This document shows positions 27,226 through 37,261 of a stretch of 64,000 nucleotides of DNA, piece by piece. A model generated the notes under the pieces. It did not search any database. It was not told where the DNA came from and saw nothing but the letters and a program-made list of their open reading frames with translations. Every line of letters begins with the position of its first letter. Positions within the stretch are counted from its first letter, which is position 1. Source of the stretch: Patescibacteria group bacterium (GTDB lineage Bacteria > Patescibacteriota > Microgenomatia > UBA1400 > PJMF01). The stretch lies in contig JBDTME010000003.1 in NCBI GenBank assembly GCA_039934415.1, positions 11,821 through 75,820 on the forward strand. The letters are read 5' to 3'. A program made the translations under genes and the position numbers.

Positions 27226-29802
27226 ATGTCTACTCAAATCTACGATCACAAAACAATTGAAGAAAAATGGATGAAGTCTTGGGAGGAGCAGCAGTTGTTC
27301 CAGGATGAGGTTCATAAGAACCCGCAGCAGTCTGGCTCCTCAGGCTCCGCCAGAAGTGCGCGGGATGACTCAGCTGATTTGAAAACTGTATCAGCTGAGT
27401 CAAAGCCGACAAAAGAGAAGATGTATCTCTTGTTTGCGTTTGCTTATCCATCTGGAGCAGGCCTTCACGTTGGCCATGTCGAGTCGAAAACCGCCCTTGA
27501 TATTTTGGCTCGGTATCATCGCATGAATGGCAAACAAGTGTTCTTTCCAGTTGGTTGGGATGCATTTGGCTTGCCAGCCGAGAACTACGCTGTGAAGACT
27601 GGTGTCCATCCTGCTATCACGACCAAGAATGCCATTGATACGTTTCGCGGTCAGATAAAACGGATCGGTATTTCCTACGACTGGGCAAATGAGCTCGCCA
27701 CGAATCATCCTGAGTATTACAAATGGACGCAATGGATTTTCTTACAACTCCACAAAAAAGGTCTAGCTTACCGAGGAGATGGCATGGTCAACTGGTGTCC
27801 ATCGTGCCAAACCGTCCTGGCCAACGAGCAAGTCGTCAACGGTCACTGTGAACGTTGTGGGTCAGAAGTGATTCAGAAGCAGATGGAGCAGTGGTTCTTC
27901 AAGATTACTGAGTACAAAGATGAGTTGATTTCCGGACTCGATGAGGTTGACTGGCCGCATGCAACCAAGTTGCAACAACTCAACTGGATTGGCAAATCAA
28001 AAGGATTAGCCATCGATTTTATGATGCAAGGATCTGAGACCAAGTTAACAGTCTGGACGAAGTTTTGGGAAACAGTGTTTGGAACGACCTTTGTAGTAAT
28101 TGCTCCAGAGCAATTTCGCGACATGAATCTGATGGATCAAGTTGCAGAATCTCATAGACACACTGTCCAAACCTATATCGATCAGTCTTTCAAAAAAACA
28201 GAAGAAGAACGCAAGATAGGTGAAAAAGAAAAGACCGGTGTCGATACTGGTTTGAAAGTGATCAACCCCGTCAACGGTTCGGCTGTTCCGTTGTACATTG
28301 CTGACTATGTGCTGATGAACGTGGGAACCGGTGTGGTGATGGGGGTGCCAGCCCACGATGATCGAGACTTTGAGTTTGCCACAAAGTTTAAACTACCTAT
28401 TATCCAAGTCGTGAGTTATGAAGACAAAACAATTGACCGAAAAGTAGCCGAGGCAGAAATGTCTTTTGAAGGTCCTGGTAAATTAATGAATTCAGGAAAT
28501 TTTGATGGTTTGGATGCTTGGCACGATGGCAAACAGAAGATGGCTGAGTGGATGATCAAACAAGGATTTGCAAACTGGCAGACTACTTATAAACTCCGTG
28601 ACTGGTTGATTTCTCGCCAACGCTATTGGGGCGCACCGATTCCCATTGTCTACGATCCAAGTGGGGCGGCGCACCCAGTCAAAGAAGAACATCTTCCCTG
28701 GTTGTTGCCAACCGATGTTGAATTCAAACCAACAGGTGAATCACCACTAACATACTCCAAGGAATTTAAAGAACGAGTAGAGAAATTGTACGGCAAAGGC
28801 TGGCGTCCAGAGTATGACACGATGGATACCTTTGTTGACTCGAGTTGGTACTTTATGCGTTATCTAGATGCTCGAGATAAAAATGAGTTTGCGACACGAG
28901 AACAACTTGAGAAGTGGTTACCAACTGATCTGTACATGATTGGTCCTGAACACATCGTATTGCACTTGTTGTACGCCCGTTTCTTTACCAAGTTCTTGCG
29001 TGATGAAGGGTACTTGAGTATTAATGAACCGTTTAAGAAAATGCGTCATCAAGGAATGATCATGGGTCCAGATGGTAAAAAAATGAGTAAGAGCAAGGGC
29101 AACGTCATCAATCCAGATGAGGTAATCGAGAAGTACGGAGCCGATACTTTGCGCGTCTATGAGATGTTCATGGGTCCAATCGAAGCCGACAAACCGTGGA
29201 GCACGTCTTCAGTAGTAGGCATTTACCGATTCTTAATGAGAATTCATCAGCTCGTTACGACCAACATCGAGGCTTTGCAGAGTGGAGTGGCAACTTCACC
29301 AGCACCCGAGCTGATGAGGAAACTACATCTGACGATGAAGAAAATTAACGATGATATACCAGCTTTGAAATTTAACACCGCCATCGCAGCCATGATGGAG
29401 TTATTAAATGTGTGGGAACAAGCCGGGAAACACCAGAACACAGTTGCTCCGACACTAGATGTTGACTCATTGACGAGCTTCATCCAGGTATTGAGTCCAT
29501 TTGCACCTTTCCTGGCTGAAGAGCTGTATCAACAAGTCAAGAGTGGTCAACAATCGGTCCACTTATCCCAGTGGCCATCTTTTGACGAAAAAATGTTGGT
29601 AGCTGATCAGCTAGTAGTGGTCATTCAAGTCAATGGAAAACTCAGAGCAGAGGTGACCATCCCATTAAGTGATAAAGATGAGAAGCAAAAGGTCATCGAA
29701 CTCGCCAAATCTCAGGATAAAGTTAAACCTTGGCTTCAAGACAAAACAATCGTCAAAGAAATCTACATTCCAGGGAAGCTCGTGAATCTAGCAGTGAGTT
29801 GA
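27226..29802 (+). CDS. leuS: Leucine--tRNA ligase, with ~27-aa N-terminal insertion
   Basis: YPSGAGLHVGH (HIGH), GWDAFGLPAEN, GTGVVMGVPAHDDRD, DWLISRQRYWG, KMSKSKGN, VQVNGKLR-type C-terminus. Confidence 0.98.
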   Translation: MSTQIYDHKTIEEKWMKSWEEQQLFQDEVHKNPQQSGSSGSARSARDDSADLKTVSAESKPTKEKMYLLFAFAYPSGAGLHVGHVESKTALDILARYHRMNGKQVFFPVGWDAFGLPAENYAVKTGVHPAITTKNAIDTFRGQIKRIGISYDWANELATNHPEYYKWTQWIFLQLHKKGLAYRGDGMVNWCPSCQTVLANEQVVNGHCERCGSEVIQKQMEQWFFKITEYKDELISGLDEVDWPHATKLQQLNWIGKSKGLAIDFMMQGSETKLTVWTKFWETVFGTTFVVIAPEQFRDMNLMDQVAESHRHTVQTYIDQSFKKTEEERKIGEKEKTGVDTGLKVINPVNGSAVPLYIADYVLMNVGTGVVMGVPAHDDRDFEFATKFKLPIIQVVSYEDKTIDRKVAEAEMSFEGPGKLMNSGNFDGLDAWHDGKQKMAEWMIKQGFANWQTTYKLRDWLISRQRYWGAPIPIVYDPSGAAHPVKEEHLPWLLPTDVEFKPTGESPLTYSKEFKERVEKLYGKGWRPEYDTMDTFVDSSWYFMRYLDARDKNEFATREQLEKWLPTDLYMIGPEHIVLHLLYARFFTKFLRDEGYLSINEPFKKMRHQGMIMGPDGKKMSKSKGNVINPDEVIEKYGADTLRVYEMFMGPIEADKPWSTSSVVGIYRFLMRIHQLVTTNIEALQSGVATSPAPELMRKLHLTMKKINDDIPALKFNTAIAAMMELLNVWEQAGKHQNTVAPTLDVDSLTSFIQVLSPFAPFLAEELYQQVKSGQQSVHLSQWPSFDEKMLVADQLVVVIQVNGKLRAEVTIPLSDKDEKQKVIELAKSQDKVKPWLQDKTIVKEIYIPGKLVNLAVS
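27321..27401. repeat. 81-nt double-hairpin palindromic element, copy 2, in-frame inside leuS
   Basis: CCCG..TCTGGC-TCCTCAGGCTCC-GCCAGA..CGGG, then GACTCAGCTGAT-TTGAAAACTGT-ATCAGCTGAGTC; length equals 27 codons. Confidence 0.85.
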
Positions 29803-29830
29803 GAAAAGAACACAAAATTGCAGACCCGCT

Positions 29831-29863
29831 TGTCATCTTCTTGTAAGAATCTCTCGTTACACT
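29831..29863 (+). promoter_or_regulatory. comEA promoter: 19-bp TGTCATCTTCTTGTAAGAA box, 8 nt, -10 TACACT (leaderless)
   Basis: Identical 19-mer and spacing recur at 50013-50045 on the minus strand. Confidence 0.7.
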
Positions 29864-29869
29864 TCTGGC

Positions 29870-30529
29870 ATGTCACTACCAGAAGCCATTCAACCATATC
29901 TCGAGACGCTCTGCAAATACCAGAGTAAACTGTACCCCGTCGTAGCGGCAGCCCTGTTTTTGATGGGTACGGTTCTGATCTTGATGGGAATCTTCTTTTC
30001 CAGGCAAGCTCCAGTTCAAGCAAAAGTAGAACCGAGTGTTCATTCAAACTTTGAAAAAACAACCTCCCCTCAAGAACAACCAAGTGACAAAATCATGGTT
30101 GATATCTCTGGTGCAGTAGCCAAGCCAGGCCTGTACACGTTTAATAAAGGTGACCGACTATCTGCCGCACTCCAGGCAGCCGGTGGTTTTGATTCTAAAG
30201 TAAACAAAGAATTTGCTGCACACGCTTTCAACTTGTCGCAAAAACTGATCGATGAACAGAAGATTTATATTCCTTTCTTTAACGAAAAAGAGGATATCTC
30301 AATCATTGCTTCAAGAAATTCCACCAACACTACTACACATGCCGCTCAACCGCTAATTAATGTCAACACTGCTTCGCAGGCTGAACTTGAGACCTTGACC
30401 GGCATTGGCGCTGTTCGGGCTCAAAAAATAATTTCTGGTCGACAGTTCAAAACGCTCCAAGAACTCGTCAAAAAGGGGAGCATGACTCAGAAGATCTTTA
30501 ATGATAACAAAGATAAAATCACGCTTTAA
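29870..30529 (+). CDS. comEA: Competence DNA receptor ComEA (TM + SLBB + helix-hairpin-helix)
   Basis: VDISGAVAKPGLY, AAGG, NLSQKLIDEQKIYIP, INVNTASQAELETLTGIGAVRAQKII. Confidence 0.93.
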   Translation: MSLPEAIQPYLETLCKYQSKLYPVVAAALFLMGTVLILMGIFFSRQAPVQAKVEPSVHSNFEKTTSPQEQPSDKIMVDISGAVAKPGLYTFNKGDRLSAALQAAGGFDSKVNKEFAAHAFNLSQKLIDEQKIYIPFFNEKEDISIIASRNSTNTTTHAAQPLINVNTASQAELETLTGIGAVRAQKIISGRQFKTLQELVKKGSMTQKIFNDNKDKITL

Positions 30530-30597
30530 ATTGAATCCTATATAAATAAACTATTAACAATGATGTTTCGCATCTAAAAACGAGTAAATATTTTTTC

Positions 30598-32061
30598 ATG
30601 GTCTATTCACGAAGGCGTTTTTATTTCCGCAAATATGCATTTTTATACTCTTTGATACTTTTAACAATGATAATATTGTTGCAAATATATCAATATAGCT
30701 GGAAATGCTCTAAATCAATAAATACGCTGAATTCGGGTGTAAAAAACGCAGTGGTGAGTATCCCAATAACAGTAAAGATGCTGTTTGATTGGAGTGTTGA
30801 GAGTTGGGTTGAGAAGGGTCGTGAGGCAATCTCGGTGTTTTTGATTGATCAATCAGATAAACTTCATCTCTTCGGCTTATTTTACCGATCTCTTCTGGTT
30901 TTGTTCTCCAGATCTGCCCGCCTGGAAAAAATGCAGGAAAAAGTGCAATCTGAACAAGGCTATTATAATAGTACAAATCGAAATTTTCTTATCAGTCGCA
31001 CCTCGAGATTGATGGATCAGTTCACATGCAATATTAGACTGATCAATACGTCTAAGTTGTTCAATTCAGGCTCGAGTGGTTCGGCATTTGCATTGATTGA
31101 TGAATTTGCTGACTTTCAAGCCGACACCAATGACTATTTACACCGAGTCTTCGATGAGTACCTTACTCACGACCAATCTGCTTTAGCGAGTGGTACATTG
31201 ATCGGAGCTCAGAGTACAATCTCAACTCAATTTAAAGATGATTTGATCTCGTCAGGTCTGATTCATGTTGTGGTTGCTTCGGGGTACAACCTCACAGTAG
31301 TAATGGGTTTTGTTCAGTCTTTTGCCCAAAAAGTCTTTTCGAAAAAAATTGCCCTGCTCCTCAGTTTGGCGAGTGTGTGGTGGTATGTCTATTTAGCATT
31401 ATCGAACCCTGCCATTTTGCGAGCAGGGTGGATGGCATCGTTGTCAGTTTTGGCTTCGTTATGTGGTCGGCCGAAATCAATTTGGTTCGTCTTACTTTTC
31501 AGCATTCTTTTTTTGGTGGCTTTCAACCCAACTTTGTTAGTGAACATCTCGTTTCAGTTATCAGTCTCTTCAACCATCGGTGTCCTTGCGATCAACCAAC
31601 GAATGGATGACGACGATCGAAGTAGCGGTCGTTCAAACTTGTTCTCAAAAATAACTGATACTCTCAAAGAAAACCTACAGACGACCATTGGTGCCAATCT
31701 GACTACCTTGCCGATCATTTTGTTTTGGTTTGGCAGAGTTTCGTTGATTGCTGTCGTCGCAAATACTTTCTTGTTGTGGGTGATCCCGTACATAATGTAC
31801 GCCTCTTCAATTTTTCTAGTGGCGTCACAGCTCAACCACTGGCTGGCAGTTTTGACGGCTTTTCCGATTAAAGGGCTCAGTACTATCTTTTTAAGAGGAG
31901 TGCATTTTTTTGCTAATTTTCCTTTCGCTGCCTTTGAGGTTCAAAAGATTACTTTTTTGCAGCTAGTTTTGAGTTACATCGGTCTTTTCCTACTGTTTAC
32001 CTACTGGCCTCGCATGAAGTTGTTGATTCGTAAAATCATAATGGCTATCAAGCTGAAATAA
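30598..32061 (+). CDS. comEC: ComEC/Rec2 competence channel domain protein without fused metallo-beta-lactamase domain
   Basis: SGLIHVVVASGYN, PAILRAGWM, NISFQLS, LPIILFWFGRVS. Confidence 0.9.
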   Translation: MVYSRRRFYFRKYAFLYSLILLTMIILLQIYQYSWKCSKSINTLNSGVKNAVVSIPITVKMLFDWSVESWVEKGREAISVFLIDQSDKLHLFGLFYRSLLVLFSRSARLEKMQEKVQSEQGYYNSTNRNFLISRTSRLMDQFTCNIRLINTSKLFNSGSSGSAFALIDEFADFQADTNDYLHRVFDEYLTHDQSALASGTLIGAQSTISTQFKDDLISSGLIHVVVASGYNLTVVMGFVQSFAQKVFSKKIALLLSLASVWWYVYLALSNPAILRAGWMASLSVLASLCGRPKSIWFVLLFSILFLVAFNPTLLVNISFQLSVSSTIGVLAINQRMDDDDRSSGRSNLFSKITDTLKENLQTTIGANLTTLPIILFWFGRVSLIAVVANTFLLWVIPYIMYASSIFLVASQLNHWLAVLTAFPIKGLSTIFLRGVHFFANFPFAAFEVQKITFLQLVLSYIGLFLLFTYWPRMKLLIRKIIMAIKLK

Positions 32062-33187
32062 AGAAAGTTCGTATCAGCTTCGTGTTCTTGGTTCGTCTTT
32101 AATCCTAGTTTTTTAAAAAAGAGGTTGTGAGTTTTTGCTTACTACTTCCAGATGTGGATGGGTTTGAAAAAGGTGATTTTTTCATCAATAACACGAAACA
32201 AATTATACCCGTACTGGTTTTAGCTATTTTTCCTGTAATGCATCTCAAAGTTGGTGAGTATCTCGAGTGTTTTTATTTTAAAAGGAGTTTTCGCCGATAG
32301 TCTTGTGCGAAAAATCACAACCAATACTATCAGAGGTTGGTGCTCGTGTGATGGCGGATGGTGACGTGAATAATAATTCATACATCAATCTAAAACGTAT
32401 AAATATAAAAGAATAACTATCACATGGTAACCGAAACTGTGTGAACGTCGTGGCGGGGGATTGTCAGCATTTACCTGAAACTCACTCGATGAAATGAGAT
32501 CTTTTGACCACTTAATATTATTAGCTGAGTCGCGAGCTGTTTGATAAGGCAGTCAGTGTTCTCGAGTCTTCCTCAAGGAGAAATGAAAATCCGCCCATCA
32601 AAAAACCGAGCTCTTTAAATGACAAATTTCGACTTCTTTTTTACTTCCTAGTCATATCTAGCATGGTCAAAGAGTTAGTCTACTTGGCTAAAGTCGATCC
32701 ACTGCTTTTTAAATCGAAAGAACTCTTGAGAAAAAATGATCCAGACTTCCTATAGTAACCTTGAGTCGAAGAGTCTTTGCAGATCTAGCCTTGAAGTTTT
32801 TTTTGCCAGATGAACAGTGCATTTTTAAAAAAAAAGAAAATCTTTTGCAGACAATACCTCCAGGACACCGACTGCACTCCACTTGATACTGAGGCGATAG
32901 TCAAACGACGATGAAGGTCATCACTATTTCCCTTCGCGCTCATTCGACGTTGCTGTAGTGAGTAACTCAAACACACCGACCAACACGAAGGCCTAAGATA
33001 AAATTGAACACATTTTGTTTTTCAATTGAATACCAAAAAACCAGATGTAGTGACTCTTGAAAAACCAAATTGTGCGAACTTTAATTGCTGTCACTAAGGT
33101 GAAGATGAAACAAGAAGGGATTGATGTTGGCAGCTAAACTCTATAAATAGAGGGTAAAATTAATTACCGCAAAATAAGCATTAAAAT

Positions 33188-34615
33188 TTAAAGGAACAAA
33201 AAGAACAAACCTAATGCAAAAATTGAGTGACCAACGGTGAGTGTATAAAAATAATGATCCAAGCAAATGATTGGCAAAATGACCCATACATGTTTCCCCA
33301 AAACAGAAAGAGATGAAGGAAAGGTTTTACAGAGTGACCGGTACAAAAGAAATAGGATTCCAATTCCTAATAAGCCATTTTCGGTTGGAAACAGTAAAGT
33401 AATATAATGAGCAGGTTGCACAAAAGAAACCGTTTCTTTTTGATTTTGTGGGCCCTTCGCGATGGCAACTGTAAACTGATTTAACCCGACGCCAAAGACT
33501 GGCTGTTTTATGAACAGTTTGACTGCTGCTTGATTGAGAAAATCTCGGCGAAACAACGATGGAGCATTGTGATGTGTGAGTGTGTTCAGACCATGCAAGC
33601 CAAATGGTGTCAAAATGAGGATGCCCAACAGAATCAACTTCGATTTTTTTTGCCAAACGTTTATAAACTGTTTATTTAGAGTGATGTTTTTTATTTTCAA
33701 AAATTTAAACTGAGAGTCGTAACCAATCATCAGTATTCCGATGAGCAAGGTCAACAAAGCGGACAGCGATAGAGTCAGTGCAAGTGTCATTGCACCTATC
33801 CCAATACCCAAACCGATCAATACTTTTTCCAAAGGGTTCATGGATATTTTCAGCATAAAACGTAGCAAGATTAGTATGCCAATTGCCAAGAAACCCGCGA
33901 GCACATTTGGATGAGGTGTCGTGCCATACGGCAGGATTCGTAAGCCGAGATGGCTTCCGGTCACTTGATCCATCGAAGCGAAGTTGCCTTTGCTTAGACC
34001 AAGATCTCTCGTTAATTGAGGCTCACCCCACAAGAGAAAGCCGACGAGTTGCCGTTGCTGCACAAACTGGTACATGCCCAGCGTGGCTTGAAATACGATC
34101 GTAAGTGTCAGAACGCTGATGAGCATTTTTTGAAAAAAGAGTGAACGATTTTGGTGAACCCAACTCATCACCACTAAAAGTGTCGTGCCGTGAAGTAATA
34201 GTGAAGCGAGAAACCAGAATGCAGTGATGGGGAGTGGAGTGAAAAACTGATAAACGATGAAGAGCGAGCAGCAAGTAGTAAATAATAAGTTGTAAGGGAT
34301 AAGTAGTAAAGATATTTTTGAGAGTACTGCTTTCGTGAGTTGAAAATTTTTAAACTTCCTACCTAAAACCTTTTCTTGCCAAACTTGCCAAAACCACGTG
34401 CCAACGATCGCTAAGCCGACAATATCGCTGAGATAGAGTTTTGGAATCAAATAGTCTATCTGTAAACCGCTTACGAAGCCAAAATTGGGCAGTATTTTCC
34501 AAAACAGATTCGTAGGTGCGGTGAAAATCCATACACAGACGAGCAACAGTTGCGTAATACGAAATGCTGTCCCGAAGTGAGTAGTGGTGGGGAATTTTTT
34601 AAAAAAGAAACTCAT
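33188..34615 (-). CDS. O-antigen ligase (Wzy_C) family membrane protein
   Basis: PYGTTPHPNVLAGFL, PVFGVGLNQF, QPAH, ENGLLG, LDHYF; many TMs. Confidence 0.8.
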   Translation of the reverse strand: MSFFFKKFPTTTHFGTAFRITQLLLVCVWIFTAPTNLFWKILPNFGFVSGLQIDYLIPKLYLSDIVGLAIVGTWFWQVWQEKVLGRKFKNFQLTKAVLSKISLLLIPYNLLFTTCCSLFIVYQFFTPLPITAFWFLASLLLHGTTLLVVMSWVHQNRSLFFQKMLISVLTLTIVFQATLGMYQFVQQRQLVGFLLWGEPQLTRDLGLSKGNFASMDQVTGSHLGLRILPYGTTPHPNVLAGFLAIGILILLRFMLKISMNPLEKVLIGLGIGIGAMTLALTLSLSALLTLLIGILMIGYDSQFKFLKIKNITLNKQFINVWQKKSKLILLGILILTPFGLHGLNTLTHHNAPSLFRRDFLNQAAVKLFIKQPVFGVGLNQFTVAIAKGPQNQKETVSFVQPAHYITLLFPTENGLLGIGILFLLYRSLCKTFPSSLSVLGKHVWVILPIICLDHYFYTLTVGHSIFALGLFFLFL

Positions 34616-34839
34616 ATCTCACCCTCATTCTAACTCAGCATTTTTGATCACTTTATTTATATATTATTACACTAAAATACAATAAAGAATATTTTAGTCA
34701 TTTAAAATGTTTTAAATATCATTAATATATCTATTGATATATAATAAACTGTATCATAAGTTGAAACTGACGAGAAAGATGAGTCGTGGTACAACCTAAG
34801 CTAGAACTTAACAAAAAATAATTATCTTGCTCCTTACCT

Positions 34840-36129
34840 ATGAAATACACTAAAGATATTCTCAACAATGGATTGACTGTGGTTCGAGTCCCGATGGCTG
34901 GTGTGAAGAGTTTGACCGTTTTAGCCCTGGTTAAAGTCGGCTCCAGATATGAGGATGATAAAGTAAACGGCATTTCTCACTTTTTGGAGCACATGGTTTT
35001 TAAAGGCACGGAAAAATACCCGACAGCTCAAGATGTTGCTAGTAGTGTTGATGCGATTGGGGCTGAGTTCAATGCTTTTACTAGCAAGGAATACACTGGC
35101 TACTATGTTAAGTCGGCGAGCAAAGATGTCGATATTGCACTCGACGTGGTTTCTGATATGTTACTGACACCAAAACTGAGAGAAGAAGATCTCGAGCGAG
35201 AAAAGGGCGTCATTATTGAAGAGCTTAATATGTATGAAGATTCACCAATGCGCCACATTGGTGACGTATTTGAACGAATGTTCTTTGCTGGGACCAAACT
35301 TGGTCGAGATATCATCGGTACCAAAGAAACGATTAGAGGTATTTCTCAGAAAGATTTTCAAACTCATTTAAACACTTGGTATGGTCTTCACAATATGGTT
35401 CTGATGATTGTTGGAGATGCGGATGTGGTGGCCAAACCAGCTTTGCTCAAATCTGCAGAGCAGTATTTTTCCAAAGCAGGTCAAGATCGAGCAACTAAGA
35501 CTAATCACGTTTTTACAGGTAATCCAATTTCCAACGAACGCATCAAGATCGAGTATAAGAAAACTGAACAAGCGCACTTCATTTTGGCCTTTCCTGGAAT
35601 CAAACGAACAGATAAAGATCGCTATGCATTGAATGTACTGAGCACCTTACTTGGTGGCAACATGAGCTCGAGGTTATTCACAGAAGTTAGAGAAAAAAGA
35701 GGACTGTGTTACTACGTGCATTCTGACCAGGACTATTACCAAGAAACCGGGATGTTTGGGGCGTCAGCGGGAGTTGATCCAAAACGGGTCGAAGAGGCGA
35801 TTTCCGTCACCTTCAGTGAGTTCAACGCACTAATTAATGGCACGAAGCCTGTTACAAACGAAGAACTTAAAAAAGCCAAAGATTTTTCCATTGGCCATCT
35901 GATTTTGGGAATGGAAGATAGCGAAAGCGTTGCACAAGCGTACGGACTTAGACAACTTTTAGATGGTGAAATAGTAATGCTTGATGAAACGATCAAGCGT
36001 GTGAGTGCAGTGACCTTGGAAGATGTGAATCGAGTTGCCAAAAGCCTCATCAAACCCGCTGAAGTTCGATTTACTATGATCGGCCCGTTCAAAAACTCGG
36101 CCAAGTTTGAAAAGTTGTTGAAGATTTAA
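34840..36129 (+). CDS. M16 family (pitrilysin-like) zinc peptidase
   Basis: GISHFLEHMVFKGT (HxxEH), NAFTSKE, SSRLFTEVREKRGLCY. Confidence 0.95.
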   Translation: MKYTKDILNNGLTVVRVPMAGVKSLTVLALVKVGSRYEDDKVNGISHFLEHMVFKGTEKYPTAQDVASSVDAIGAEFNAFTSKEYTGYYVKSASKDVDIALDVVSDMLLTPKLREEDLEREKGVIIEELNMYEDSPMRHIGDVFERMFFAGTKLGRDIIGTKETIRGISQKDFQTHLNTWYGLHNMVLMIVGDADVVAKPALLKSAEQYFSKAGQDRATKTNHVFTGNPISNERIKIEYKKTEQAHFILAFPGIKRTDKDRYALNVLSTLLGGNMSSRLFTEVREKRGLCYYVHSDQDYYQETGMFGASAGVDPKRVEEAISVTFSEFNALINGTKPVTNEELKKAKDFSIGHLILGMEDSESVAQAYGLRQLLDGEIVMLDETIKRVSAVTLEDVNRVAKSLIKPAEVRFTMIGPFKNSAKFEKLLKI

Positions 36130-36160
36130 CAAACGTGATGAGAAGTGTATAGTATTCCTT

Positions 36161-36424
36161 ATGCCAAATAACAACACAGATCCTACAGAGTCACAGTCTG
36201 CCGAACCAGCTCGAGAGGGACAAGATCATCCTACGGAAGATCTTCGTGACAGATTGAGAGATAATGAGGGTGATGGAGATGACAAAAAAAATCCTCTACA
36301 ATCAAATGGGCTTCCCCCTCGTGATGATCAAGCTGAACCTGAGGAGAATTTTGAAGAGTATCATAATAATCAAGCAACAGCTGAACCTGCAGACAAACTT
36401 TCTGAAGAGTCAGAAACCCATTAA
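36161..36424 (+). CDS. Small acidic low-complexity hypothetical protein
   Basis: 87-aa E/D/P/N-rich ORF; TATAGT 7 nt upstream of the ATG. Confidence 0.5.
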   Translation: MPNNNTDPTESQSAEPAREGQDHPTEDLRDRLRDNEGDGDDKKNPLQSNGLPPRDDQAEPEENFEEYHNNQATAEPADKLSEESETH

Positions 36425-36533
36425 CAGTTAACCGTTCTAAACTTAACAACTGTCCTTCAAATTCCATTTTTTTCCCAGAAGCGTAGTATAATCACTTTTT
36501 ATTGAGAAAAATTAATAATTTATTGGGAGCTTT

Positions 36534-37001
36534 ATGCAACGCACTGCAGTTCTGGTCAAACCAGATGGATTACAACGAGGCTTAATTGGAGAAATCGTTT
36601 CTCGATTTGAGCGTAAAGGATTAAAACTTGCTGGCATCAAGATGGTCAGTATGACTGATGAGATGTTATCTGATTGGTACGCTGAGCATAAAGACAAAAG
36701 TTTCTTTGGTGATTTGAAGTCATTCATGGGCTCAATGCCAATTGTCTGTATGGCATGGGAAGGGATTGATGCTGTTCCAGTCGTTCGTAAACTGGTTGGT
36801 ACAACCTTGGGAAGAGAAGCAGAAGCAGGTTCGATTCGAGGTGACTTCGGGATGAGTCAACAGTTCAACCTTATTCACGCTTCCGCCAATGCTGGTGATG
36901 CCGAGCGCGAACTGAAAATCGTGTTCACCTCAGATGAACTTTTTGAATATGACAATCCAGTTCAGACATTGGTGTATGCAGATTTCGAGATGAAGAAGTA
37001 A
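36534..37001 (+). CDS. ndk: Nucleoside-diphosphate kinase
   Basis: VKPDGLQRGLIGEI, GSIRGDF, NLIHAS. Confidence 0.97.
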   Translation: MQRTAVLVKPDGLQRGLIGEIVSRFERKGLKLAGIKMVSMTDEMLSDWYAEHKDKSFFGDLKSFMGSMPIVCMAWEGIDAVPVVRKLVGTTLGREAEAGSIRGDFGMSQQFNLIHASANAGDAERELKIVFTSDELFEYDNPVQTLVYADFEMKK

Positions 37002-37024
37002 GTTTTTTTAAAGAATAAAATTGG

Positions 37025-37058
37025 AAAGGGAGACTATGGTGGTCTCCCTTTTTATTTT
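37025..37058 (+). terminator. Intrinsic terminator after ndk
   Basis: AAAGGGAGAC-TATGGTG-GTCTCCCTTT then T-tract. Confidence 0.75.
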
Positions 37059-37117
37059 TTAAACCGGCATCCTGAAACAGACAACAAGATGGTAAAATCA
37101 TCGTTATCTGGAAGATT

Positions 37118-37189
37118 CGGAGTGTAGTTCATCGGTAGAACGCTCGGTTCGGGACTGAGAGGTAGAGAGTCCAATTCTCTCCACTCCGA
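37118..37189 (+). tRNA. tRNA-Pro(CGG), atypical T-loop, CCA not encoded
   Basis: Acceptor CGGAGTG/CACTCCG, D-arm GTTC/GAAC, anticodon loop TTCGGGA, T-arm GAGAG-TCCAATT-CTCTC. Confidence 0.88.
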
Positions 37190-37261
37190 CATGTTTTTGT
37201 TATATACTCGCTTTACACTTTGAAATGTTTTTATTGTCAAACTGGTAGAGAAGGGGTTCTT

